Notes: generated by a model from the sequence alone, not told the origin. DNA of 64,000 nt from Raillietiella orientalis (GCA_036172245.1 JAYWIR010000006.1:5208001-5272000); one strand, 5' to 3'. Positions 13,501 to 24,994 are shown, counted from the first letter of the stretch. Program-made: numbers and translations.

Positions 13501-14517
13501 AAGAGGGTTGAATTGCTTGCAAGATGACTAAAAACAGACTCAAGAAAGGTACCGTGCTCTTCTCTACTCCGTTTGGTGGTGATGAGGTCGCGCGCCGCCC
13601 TACCATCGCGGAAGAGGTGGGGGGATCTCCTCCGCACGCCTTCCTTCCTCTTCCACGGAAAGCCAGCTCAAGGGATGAGCGTCTTCTCTTCATCCCGGTT
13701 TCCTCGCGCCCTCGGCGGGCAAGGGAACGCCACGTTGACGATGCTGTCGGGTCGCCGCGCCACCTCCTCTTTCGGGAAACGGGCATGTGCTTCGCCCGCA
13801 CCCCTTCCCAACGGGTTCCTTATTCCTCGGCTCGCGTCTCCACGCGGCAGCGCTCGGCGCCGCAGGTACATATCGGTCCGTCCCTTGGCGACCGCCGCCG
13901 TTCCCGGGTACGCCACGGCGCTTCCAGGGGACAAGGCGGAGTGGCGCCGCGCGTCGCTGCCGGCTGGAGAGCGGCGGACCGGCGGGTCCCAAATCAGAAA
14001 GCTCGCCATTAGGGGCTTCACCCCATTTCTCCGGTTTCGCGTCGTATGGGAGCTTTCGAGAGATAAGACCGAGGCCGCAGCGGTGGTTCGGTTTCCGTGG
14101 TCGCCGAGCCGTGTCTTTGCGCGCGTTTCGTCGCCCTCGGAAGTTTTTTTTTTTTCCGTTTTCCTTTTTTCTGCTGCTCCTCCAATCCCCCTCCCCCTCC
14201 TTTTCGCGCGGCGATCCTGGCGCATGGCGGCGCCGTCTGGGTTTCGCCAACCGAAGAGAAGCGCCGCTATCGATCGCCGCTGACGTGCGAGCGCGGACCG
14301 CGAAGGGCGCCGCTCTCCAAGAAGAGCGGCGTCGAGACGTCTGCAAGGGAAGCCCGGCAACCCCGGCGCTTCCCCCGCCCCCCTTCCCCCCTGGGGTCCA
14401 GAATCTGGCACTCACTGCTCAAGCCTGTTCCCCCGCGGAATTTCGAATCCCAGCGTGTGTCCAGCAAGAGCGAATTTCGCCAGCATTCACTTAATTTTCA
14501 ATTGCAGGTTCTGAGTA

Positions 14518-14599
14518 ATGTCGGCCATGATCACCATGGAGAGCAATCGTTGCTATCACGTGTCCTCAGATGGAGATCTCTGTGATGATAAACGAAAGC
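14518..14599 (+). CDS. Copy A coding exon 1 ([27 protein letters not shown]+R)
   Basis: Phase-1 donor C|GTAAGG joins the paired box in frame; resembles exon 1 of copy B. Confidence 0.72.
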
Positions 14600-17500
14600 G
14601 TAAGGAAGTAAATGGACCGCTCTTTCGAAGGGTCTCTCGGACGTCTCCTGCTAAAGTCGTGAGGACAACGACGGAGGGGCGCTTTGCGCAGAGTGTAACT
14701 TTTCGACGCACCCTTCATCTTTCCGATGAATGCTGCGTCGAACTGTTGAGTGGAGCCGCCGGTGGACTGAGTGGTCCCGCCGATCGCGAGGAATCCCGAT
14801 CTTTCGATGCTGGTGCTCTTCCGGCATCGCAAGATTCCGGGAGAACGAAACCAAACTGGGAGGGTCGCGTCCTTCGGCCTGCGGAATCCGGCGTGCGCAT
14901 TCCGAAGTTGCTTTCCGACGTGTTCGCAACAATGGGGTGCGCTTAGGCTCGCGTCGCAGGCTCGGCATCCGCCGCCATCTTGCCTTTATGCTTCACCCTC
15001 TTTTATGCAAGAATGCAAGCTGGCGCTGAAACTGAACGCTACCGCCGCCGTCAGCGTCTTGAATGACACGCGCTCCTGCGCCGCCGCCGACGCATCGCTT
15101 CCCCGAACCAGAACCATGCCTCCAGGATAATGCGTTAACAGGACGGTTGTAGTTTGCTGAGTCAGTGAAATTCGGTCCGATCGATATGATTTGATATTCA
15201 AAATACGCTGGGCGCGCGTGTGTTTTCCTCCAATCTATCCCCCTTTCGCCCTCCTCCTCTTCGGAAAAAGGAAAAAAAAAGACTGTGGCAAGGTGCAACC
15301 TAAATCGCGGAAATAGATCAATCACGGCGAAGGAATATAACGTTAGGAAATCATTCAAGCGTACCACTGAAAACTGTCCGTGCCTCCTTCGGTCAATAAA
15401 CCATTGGTGGCAACGGGGGTGAAGCCTCCTAGGGCCTCTTGCCGCAAAAGTGCGGCTACCGAAAAGGTGCGGAAGGAGGAGGGAGCGAAATGGGCGAGGA
15501 ACGTGGCTGGTAGCGGCGCGTCCCCATCCTCCGGCGGGGCTGACCTTTGCCGAGTCGAGGGCGCGAGGAGGACGTCGGCGTGGCTGAGTTTTCCCGGGGC
15601 CGCGTACGCCCGGCAGCGGTGGCGGCGGCGGCTGGGTGACAGCCAACGGGTGGCGCGCTCCTGGTCTTTCGGGCCGCCGCCCGGCGGTCAAGCGCGCGCG
15701 CCGGCCGGAAAGGTGCCGCTGACGTCACGCCGGCTGGCAGGCGGGTCGGTCCCACAGCGCACCGGCGTGCCGTTCGCTCCCGAGCAGCTCCTGCAGCCAC
15801 TGTCCCTTTCAGGACACAGCGGTGTCAACCAGCTAGGGGGTGTTTTCGTAAATGGACGCCCCTTACCTGACGAAATACGTCGACAGATAGTCGACATGTA
15901 TCAGCTAGGGAGTCGCCCGTGCGAAATCAGCCGTGTGCTTAAGGTGTCCCATGGGTGTGTTTCGAAAATCTTGTCTCGGTAAGTCGACCCACCCGCTCGG
16001 CGGTTCGCGACCACCCTCCCCTTTCTTTTTTCTCCTTCCCCAGCTACATCGAAACAGGCAGTTATCATGCCGGTGTCATCGGCGGCAGCAAGCCGAAAGT
16101 AGCAACCCCGAAGGTAGTGACAGCCATCTCGGAATATAAGGGGGTCAACCCCACCATGTTCGCATGGGAAATAAGAGACCGACTGCGAGACGAGGGTATA
16201 TGCACTGAAGATGCTGTACCGAGTGTTTCGAGCATTAATAGGTGAGGCGGGTGGGCCCCTGTCCGCGGGCGCGACGGTGTCACCTTCCCCCAGGATTGTG
16301 AGGAACACTTCCGCTGGTCCGACAGCCGAGAAGAACTGTCGGCGCTCCTTGCGCTCCGCCGGCTCGAGCAGCCGGCAGCAGGCAAGTCTGTCTGGATCCT
16401 CAGCGGGCTCCCCAGGGTCGGCAGCCCCGAAGACAAGGAGATCCACAAGGAAGGGCGCCTTCCCTCGAGGAGACGGCAACGGCCAGCCGGCCGGAGCACT
16501 CCCAGCGCAAGCTCCTCGAGGCTTGATCGAGGCCTCCGAGGTCGCTGCCGGTAGGTCCCCCCTCTCTTCCCTTCCAGCGCAGACCCTGACCTCCGTCTCC
16601 GCAGCTGCCCTCTCAAACGAGGCGGAGGCCGCAGTGGCGTTTGCGCCCTCGGCCGCCACCTCGGGTATCGGAGCACCTCAAGTGCTCCATGCGCAGGAGT
16701 TCCCGAATCCAGCGGGGGAGTCCCAGATGACAGCGGCCGGTCTCGGCTGGTATCAGTGGGCGCAGCTGCAGTCAGGAGTGTCGCCGAATAGCTGCAGTCC
16801 CGTAGAGACTCCGGGCGACACGTGGGGTGCAGGCCCCTCGAACGCCCTACAAGGGATGTTGCACGAGTTACAAAGCAGTCAAGCAAACATCCAGGAGTCT
16901 CTGTACTCTCTGGGACTCCAGGGAGGATATGAGTCAGTGGACTACTCCATGGGCAGCTCACCAGGTAAGAGCGCTCGTGCCAACGGGGCTTACGGAGGCG
17001 GGGAAGCATCCCTTTCGAGTGGGCCATCCCTTCCTACCCCCTACCTTTGGTGCCTGCGGCTGTCTTTTTCTCCTACTCACGAGCCCCTTGAGATCGCTCG
17101 CGGGCGGAGTCCCAGACCATCGGTCGGAGCTGCGTAGTCAAAGGGGGATGGGGGGTGGAGGCGTGGTGAGAAAAAAAATTGGAAGTGAAATGAGAGAGAG
17201 AGGGAGAAAAGGGATGGACCAGCGCGTTGAGTCGCGCGGCTTTCCTGAGCGCACCGCGCAGTCTCGTTCGCGGCTTGCCGCCTTCCGTCGCGGGAGGGGC
17301 GCGTGCGCATGCGCGCGGCGCCCGTCCGCCTCCGCTGCACAGCTGCCGCCTTCCAACTGCGCGCGCTTCGTTCTGGAACGAGCAGGAGGAAGAAGGAAAC
17401 AAAAAGGGCGAAAGGGGGGAAAGAGGACTCTCCTTCCCTGTTTCTCTTCCCTCCCCCTCCTTCCTTCGCTCCCTTTCCGGAGCAGGGATGCCGGAAAAGG

Positions 17501-17869
17501 CGGACGCCAACCGCCTCTGCCGATTGGTGCCCGAGCGAGCGGTCCCCCCAATCAGGTGGCGGGCGCTTCCTTCCCGCTCCCGCCCACTCCTCGAGGCGAG
17601 CCCGTCATCGGCGCGACGGATGAGCCGCCTTCCCGTAGGGCGCGTTAGAGGCCTTCCGTTTCCGGGGCGACCTCACTCCGCCGGCCGCGCGTCTCCGGAG
17701 GGAAACCCTCTAGCCCGTAACTGTCTTTCAGCTCCCCTGCTGGACCAGCAGCCGAGTTGCGTCCCGGCGGACACTCAGCACTCTTATCAACAACAGCTGG
17801 CGGAGCAGCTGTTTTCCACAGTGTACTCTCACGAGCAGCTCTGTGGAGCAGCGACACCATACATACATC

Positions 17870-17902
<33 letters not shown>

Positions 17903-18216
17903 TGCTCTTCCCGGAAGATTCTGCCTCCGACTTGAATGTTGGTACCGGAGCGGCCTACTGGACCGCCGCCAGGCACCAGCAGGAGCACCCTGCTCAGAAT
18001 ATTCATTACCAAGATGAGTATTCAGAAGGAGCCCTGGCCACAGTGGGGCGTTTTCTCGCAGAGGCCTTCGAGGGCTTCCGCGAGGACCCCACCTACAGGG
18101 CCGGCGGCCCCGTGGACTTCTGGGGTCTGCAGACCGCCATGTACGCGCCAACGGCGGCGATACACGAGCCACAGGCAGTCCACCACGTGGCCGGAAATTC
18201 CTATGTCTACAGATGA
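14518..18216 (+). CDS. Pax2/5/8: Divergent Pax2/5/8 paralog (paired domain only), ~515-533 aa (copy A)
   Basis: Exons 14518-14599, 15813-15978, 16044-16241, 16294-16964 (possibly split by a 54-nt intron 16551-16604) and 17732-18216. GT-AG, phase-compatible, no internal stop, AATAAA downstream. Paired domain [126 protein letters not shown], ~80% identical to copy B by hand count. Confidence 0.88.
15813..15978 (+). CDS. Copy A paired box exon 2 (166 nt)
   Basis: tttcag acceptor, GTAAGT donor, intact paired-domain sequence. Confidence 0.96.
16044..16241 (+). CDS. Copy A paired box exon 3 (198 nt)
   Basis: 65-nt upstream intron with strong polypyrimidine tract; donor AG|GTGAGG. Confidence 0.96.
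16294..16964 (+). CDS. Copy A exon 4(/5), Ser/Ala/Gly-rich linker
   Basis: Follows a 52-nt intron; begins RIVRN; open frame to donor CAG|GTAAGA at 16965. Confidence 0.78.
17732..18216 (+). CDS. Copy A terminal exon, polyQ/acidic/Tyr-rich
   Basis: gtaactgtctttcag acceptor in matching phase; APLLDQQ...Q10...NSYVYR-stop; protein-like composition. Confidence 0.78.
17872..17901 (+). repeat. (CAG)10 coding polyglutamine tract
   Basis: Direct count; in frame in the copy A terminal exon. Confidence 0.95.
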
Positions 18217-18335
18217 AGCCGCCCCCTCTTCCCCCGGGAGGCGAATTCCCCTCCTGTTCGCGCACCCCAGGCGCTGGGCTGCGCACGCACTGACCGGGGG
18301 CTGTCCACCTACTGTTAAAAGGGTGACCTGACAGA

Positions 18336-18341
18336 AATAAA
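18336..18341 (+). terminator. Candidate polyadenylation signal of copy A
   Basis: AATAAA 120 nt after the stop codon in GC-rich surroundings. Confidence 0.65.
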
Positions 18342-18609
18342 GCATGCATACAAAAAGTCCACGGGCATTCAAAGGGTCAACGGCCCTTCGCCTCTCACCT
18401 CTTCGCCTCCGAGGGGGCCTCCGCTCCCCGGGGGGCAGCACCTGCGGCGCGGGCCGAGCGGCAGAGGTGCCGCCAACGCCGCCTACCGACGAGATCGCGA
18501 CCCGTCTGTTCGGCGTAGAGGAAGGGGCGAGGGGGAGGAGCGTGGAGCACCCCCTCCCTCGCTCGCTCAGGACCTGTGTTCCCTCACTTCTTTTCGTTTT
18601 CTTCCCTTT

Positions 18610-18615
18610 TTTATT
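18610..18615 (-). terminator. Candidate polyadenylation signal of copy B
   Basis: AATAAA on the minus strand ~450 nt after the stop codon. Confidence 0.5.
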
Positions 18616-19065
18616 CCAGCTTTTGCCGGGAGGTCCCGGTGGGCGGGATCGAAGAGGCGGCGGTCGTGTTGTCCCGGGTACGGCCTCGTCTCGGTGGGCG
18701 AGGAGAGGGAGTGGTCGCGGGATGGAATCCGGGAGCGGCGGACGGGATCTCCCAAGGGGATGACTAGAACTTTCTGGATGAGGGTCCCAGCAGCTGGACG
18801 TTCTTCTTCCTCCCGCCGGCTCCGCGGGGGCAGCTGCCTTCGGGGGGCAGGCCCGAGGGGGGGGGGAATCCTGCTTTGCCACTCCTCCCCTCCTCCCTTC
18901 GTCCTCCCGGCCGGGATGACCACGAGATGAACTGGAAGCCGCGCTGTGGGAGGCCGTCGTCGCAAAAGAGGAAGGGGGGGAACGGGCGGCCCGCTGCTCT
19001 TTTCTCCCCGGCGGGGCCTGCGTCGCTCACCGGGGACGTCTTCGGGGGGCCCACTGTCCTCTTCA

Positions 19066-19163
19066 TCAGCTGAGAGCGAACTGACTCTTGTAGAGGGAGT
19101 TGGGGTAGGCGCCGTAGTTCTGGAACTGGGGGTTGTAGGCGAAGTCCGAAAGCGTGGCGCCAC
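19066..19163 (-). CDS. Pax2/5/8: Copy B terminal coding exon
   Basis: Follows a 61-nt intron; [32 protein letters not shown] then tandem TGA TGA. An internal A|GTCAGT donor to a further exon cannot be excluded. Confidence 0.75.
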
Positions 19164-22100
19164 CTGGGGGGAGAGGCGGGGGCGGGTGTGTCGTTCGCCG
19201 CCGCGCGACCGCGAGACCACGCACCTGCAAAGGAGGTCATGCCCTCCCCTTGCTGCCCTTGCTGCTGCTGGGGCGGCTGCTGCTGCGGGTGGTGGTGGTG
19301 GTGGTGGTGGTACACGTGGTGACCGCCGGGAGTGCCTTCCACGATGTCCTGCATCAGACCAGGAGTGGAGGTGCCGCTCCTTTCGGACTTGTGGTGCGAC
19401 TGGGAGGCTGCGCCGCCGCCACCTCCCCCGCTCAGGAGGGAGATCCCGTCCGACGAGGACGGCGGCGTCTGCAGGCCGCTGTAGCTTCCGCCGCCGCCGC
19501 CGGAGGCGCTGCCGCCGCCGTCTGGAAGTAAGTGCGCCGTGCTCTCGCTGCTTGTCCTACCGGCCCGCCTCAGCCCCCCGTGTACCTTGAGGCACCGGGC
19601 AACGCAAGGGGGAGGGGGAGGATGAGGGAGAGCGGTCGGGATGCGTCTCTCCCTGCGCGATTCCCGTGTACGGAGGGAGAGCGCGCGGAGGAGGGGACGA
19701 GGGCGTTGGAACGCCACCTGGCGCCTCCTCCGCCCCCCACACGTCCGGGGGTGCCACATGCGGCGCAGAATCACGCCGCCCCGCGGCGGTCAGCTTTTCC
19801 TCCCAAAGGGGATGCGCCTTTCCCTCTGCTCGTGAGGGGGCAGCCCAGAGGTTCGGGCCCCGATGATGGAGGGTTCCTCCCCTCATCCCACCTCTCCCTC
19901 CCTCTTGATAATCCATCAGAACACGGTGCAGCTCTCGGTGCCTTCGAGCCAACACAACGCAGCGACGCTGACAGTGACGCGCGCGGCTGCGGAGACTCCC
20001 TTTCCATCTATTGGCGTTTCGTCGTACTAATTCGCGCTCAGCTCCCGCGGTAGTCATTCTGCGGCGAGAACGCCCCGTCGCCTCGGAACTTTGTGCGGAC
20101 GAGAGCTTCCCGGAATCGGTTCCGAATTCGCCCGTGGCCTCAGAGGGACCGCCACGTGAGGAGCCGAAAACGTGGTGCAAACTCCGGAGGATTTTCGGAT
20201 GCTCGTATGTGAGGGCAGCGCTGCTGCTGCGACGCAAGAGGGCGCCAAAAGTCACGCAGACGAGGGCGCTTCGGAACGAAGCTTTAGATTCACGCAGAGT
20301 CGCACGGAGCTCTTCGCGGAGCGCCTGCTCCCACCATCTAACGGCGGTTGACGGCACTGGAGTTCGCGCGCGCCGTTCGTGTTCCGTTCCTGCCTCTTGC
20401 CGCTCCCTCGGCCCATCTCGGAGGAACTCCGGCAGCCCCACAAGGGCACTCCTCCGAGACCTTTGTGTCGTCGGTGGACGCAGCGTGTCAGCTGCCCTTT
20501 GTGCAGGAGCTCCATTCCTCCGGTGGCCTCGGCAAGACGGCGGCTTGTGGGCGGGGCACCTCCGCGAACAATGCGAGAAAGACTGCGGCGGAGACACCGG
20601 CCACACCTGGGCGGTTCCGGCGGAGATGCTGATGACCTACGCGACAGGGCCCTCCGCATGTGCGCGCGCCCGCGGTTCCGGTCCCCTCCCCCCATTCCTT
20701 CCTCCATCACCGACCGCTCCGGAGGTGGTTGGCGCCACCCCCATGATTGGCGCGGGATCAGCGCTACCAGGCACTCACCGTGGTGGTAGTGCTCGTTGAC
20801 CTCCGGGATGCTGAGGGTTGACTTGCCTTCGCTGTGCAGGGGAATCCCGAGGGACGACATCCCGGTCAGGTTGCCTGGAAGTGAGAAACGACCGGTCAGC
20901 GAGTTCGAAGAGGAGGAGGGGGGGAGCATCGCCTGCTTTGTCTCATCCGCACCTCTCCCTTCGCGGGAGGGAGAGGCCCTGAAGACCCCTCCCTCCTAAA
21001 AGGAGGCGCCCTCAGGGCAAGACGCGGTCCACCCTCGCAGGGAAGATGGGCAGGGCAGGCTGCCCCCTCCCGGAAAGGAGACGTGGGGCCGGCCGTCGCG
21101 GAAGGTGGAAGGAGGAGGGGCTCAGCGTACTCTGGACTTACCCAGACCCGAGGCGGCGGCGTACATCCCGTTGGTCATCTGCTGGTTCAGGGTCAGGGGG
21201 TCGTAGACGGAGTCCGGGGAGTTCCCGGCATAACCGAGCTGCCCGTCCGTAGGGTAGCCCGGAAGGGAGTACGCGATTCCCCCGTTGGGGAGGCTCATGG
21301 GGTTGAAGTCGGAGAAGATGATTTTTCCCTCCTCCTTGATGCCCAGCGTTCCCGGAGGCAGCCACTTGGGGTAGAATTCCTGCAAGGGGGGTGGGGGAGG
21401 CGAGCGCCCTCCTGTCGAAAGCGCCGCACCCCGCGGCCGCCGTCGTCACCGTGGCGCTTCCGGCGGCGGCGGCGGAACCGAAAATGGCGTTTCCACGGCC
21501 GTTGCCGGGGAAACGGGCGGGAGAAGGGAACAGGCCCTCCTCCCCGGCCGGCTGCTCTCTCACGAAGCAAGGAAGGCCCTTTGCGGCTACCCCGCTGGAG
21601 GAGTCCCGCCGTCGCCGTAACGACGGTGGGGAAACCAGTCCCGGAGCCTTCCGAGAGCAGGAGGCCGCCGGATGCGCCACGGACGGACGGGCATCTTTCC
21701 ACCAGGGTCTTACCGCCGCGGCCTGGTACAGCTGCTCTCCATTGTAGCCGACTCGCTGCCTCCTGAGAGCGTCGTCCGGGTGATGGCCGCCCATGAAACG
21801 GCCGTCCAGTTCTGAGGGAAAAAGAGGGGGACTGAGTATGGCGGGCGAAAGGGAGGGGAGGAAGTCCAGAGGAAGAGGTTTCGAGGCAATAGGCAACCCC
21901 ACCGCCATTTTTTATGCGTCGCGTTTACAAAACGCTCCTCTAGGTGGTGGGCAGGTCGGCGCGTACGCTGCTGCGGTTCTTTCAGCCTACCCTTCCCCCA
22001 GGGCAGGAAGTAGAAGGATGAGAAGGGACCTCTCCCGCCGAAGAGGGAGCTCGAGGAGCGAGGTACGAAAAGAATGCGATCGGAAACCGTCGGGTTGCGT

Positions 22101-24959
22101 TCACATCGCCGGTGCGACGAAGGAGCAATCTTTCCCGCAGGATTTGTGGGCCTCGCCGGGCACCGAGGGAATGGGAGCTCCATCGGAAATTTCCGCATTT
22201 CGTCCCCAGAGGACGGGTCCCTTCGTCCGAAATCCGATCGAGGAAACCAGAGTGGAGAACGCCCACCTGCCAGAGGGGGGGGGGGGGGATGGGTCCAACG
22301 CATCTGCCAGCGTTCTCTTTCCTGGCGGAATAAACAGAAAGGACCTCCCGCATACGGAGAAAAACCCCGATGCAGGAAGATTTGGCACCTTCGGGACTGC
22401 CTATGCTTCAGTTTCCCCCGTTCCCTCACGGAGACGTTTGGTGTACGGATGAGAGAACTCGTGCCAAAGAAAAGACTCTCGGCGTTGTGAAACGGCGATT
22501 AGTCTTCGTCCGCGCCCTACGCGTCTCTTCCGCGTATCATCACACACGAGGGTGAGAGAAACTTTGGGAGGGACGGACTTGCGGAAGCCATCGACTGAGC
22601 AGCTTTCAAAGAGCGCCCTTCCTCCGGCTGAGAATACGGCAGAGGGGTAGCTCGCGGTTTTCACGGGTCCCTTCCTTCAGCGGACTCTGTCCTCCTCTCT
22701 TCCTCCATCCGATTCCACCGCGGTGGTGTCCTCCGGGCTTCCTCACCAATCTGCCTCGCTCCGCCGCTCACCCATTCTTAACGAGAGTTCTCGAGGAATT
22801 CATCAGAAAAAGGGAGAGTAAGGAGGATGTAAGGGAATATTTCTCGAGGGTCGGAGAAGGAGCGATTTCGAAAGCAGGATTCCAACAATGGATTCGCAAA
22901 AGTGCAACAATCGTCTCCCGTAATCGCAACAATGCACGCGATGCGGACTAACAATGAACCTTTGGGAGAGCAACAATGCACGCGATGCGGACTAACAATG
23001 AACCTTTGGGAGAGCAACAATGCACGCGATGCGGACTAACAATGAACCTTTGGGAGAGCAACAATGCACGCGATGTGGTCTAAGAAGGACGCGTCTAAGG
23101 AAGCCGAAGCAGCGGCATACGTGCTCGTTTGGTCATCGCCGTGGTCACTTCCTTTTCAAGGTTACTGCAGAAGGAGCGAAGCGGAGGATGCGAACGCGAG
23201 GAGGGAAAGAGCCACAGGGAAGAGAGCCGTTCTTCATTACCTTCCTCGCGCTTCCTTTTGCTGATGCCGGGATCGTGGTGGGAGATGCCGAGGATGCCGT
23301 TGATGCTGTAGGATCCCGTCCTGTGGAGGTGGCTCAGAGGCGATTCGCTCCCGGGGATCGAAGACACCATCCCTGCGTGGGTAATGACCGATGTGGCGTT
23401 CGAAATGGGGCTTGCGGGTGCACCCATCGGGGCATGCCGCGCCTTCTCTGCGGCCTTGTTGCGAACGATCCTGAAACGATTCGATTTCGTTCACGCCTGA
23501 AAGAGGAAATGCCATCCGGGGCTCCCGCACTTGCGAACGGAAACGTGCGAGCAAGCAGGAGGGGGGAGGATGAGAGCAGTGCGCGTTCTTCCAGGGAAAC
23601 GGAGAAGGGGGGGGAGGAGGAAGAGAGAGAGGGGAGGGAGAACTTTTCAGTCCACTGGGCCGTCGAGCTCGCGGTTTGCCTGCGTCCGGTGTGCAGATCC
23701 CCGCTCGAGGCTCCACATCGACCCCGGGTTGATGCATGCCAACTCGAGGTCGACGGATCTGGTGGGTACGGGGAGTGACCCGGATCGGGAAGGAACGGCG
23801 ACTTTTTTGGACGGAGTCCCAGAGGAAGAGAGGAGAAGAGGGGGAGGAGGTTTGAAGAGGAATTCTGGCTCCCCCCTGAAGGAGGAGCGAGCGAGATGAT
23901 CCTCGCCACGTCCTTCCGAGGAAACGTTCAGCTTCGGAGGCGGACCATGACGCGCTCCGCGCTGCTTCCCTTCCCCCCTTTTCGCGTTGGGACTTTCCTG
24001 TTCGGCGCTCGGCCGGCTCAGCGTTCCTCACGAACGGCAAGGCCGAACTGCCGGGAGGAGAGGAGAAAAAAAAAAGAGGAAGAACGCTTTTCTCACCTGT
24101 TGATGCTGGATACGCTGGGAACGGTGTCCTGGGAGCAGACCCCCTCGGCGAGCAGCCGGTCCCGGATCTCCCAGGCGAACATGGTGGGGTTCTCCCTCTT
24201 ATAGTCGGCGATCGCGTCCACCACTTTGGGAGTGGCCACCTTGGGCTTGCTGCCTCCGATGACCCCGGCCTTGTAGCTGCCCGTCTCGTAGTACCTGAAA
24301 GCGATCTCCGCGGGTCACCGTGAAGAGGGGGAGTGAGCAGGCTAGGAAGGGGGGAGAGGGGGAGGAATAGAAGGAGGAGGGAAGCGAGGAAGGGGAAGCC
24401 GTCCCTCTTCCTTCCGCAGCAAGCTCCGATACCCGGGGGCTGGGAAGAGCGATCCCGAGGGAACACGCGAGAGGAGGAAGCTGACGGAGGGCTTGGGATG
24501 TGGTCCCGCCCAAGGTGCTCCTTGCGATCGCGCGGGGGCTCCCGCACTTCGGCTGCGAACCGCACTCGCGGATGGAGAGAGACGCGTTGCCGGGGGCAAC
24601 CAGAGGTGGCGGGCGTCTAAAGAGCAGGGTTGCGCAAGCCCGTGTGGTGGTGCTGGACGGCCGTGTCCTCCTCCGTCCTTGCCGCCGTTCCTCCACCACT
24701 TCCTCGTTGCCTCGGAGGGGTAGGAGGGAGATAGGGGAGGGAGGAAGGGGAGGAGTACCTGCTGAGTATCTTGGAGACGCAGCCGTGGGACACCCGTAGC
24801 TGCCGGCTGATGTCGCACGGGCGGACGCCGCTCTGCGCCAACTCGACAATCCTCGCCCTCACCAGGTCGGGCAGGGGGCGCCCATTGACGAAGACGCCTC
24901 CCAGCTGGTTGACTCCTCCGTGACCTGCAACGGAAACGCGTCCAGCTTGCGGAGACGTG

Positions 24960-24994
<35 letters not shown>

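Noticed and set aside
15813..16241. Copy A as Pax6/eyeless because of HSGVNQ
   Set aside because: It has H47, [13 protein letters not shown] and [11 protein letters not shown], Pax2/5/8 exon sizes and no homeodomain.
16900..16964. YSLGLQGG / YSMGSSPG as an octapeptide remnant
   Set aside because: Only YS and a Gly match; the IxxIL core is missing.
14518..18216. Copy A as a pseudogene or retrocopy
   Set aside because: Introns are present, the frame is intact across all exons, structural residues are conserved despite many synonymous changes, and a polyA signal follows.
22884..23085. CRISPR-like appearance (constant motif with varying spacers)
   Set aside because: The constant part is only 6-8 bp, the spacers repeat, the array lies in a eukaryotic intron and there are no cas genes.
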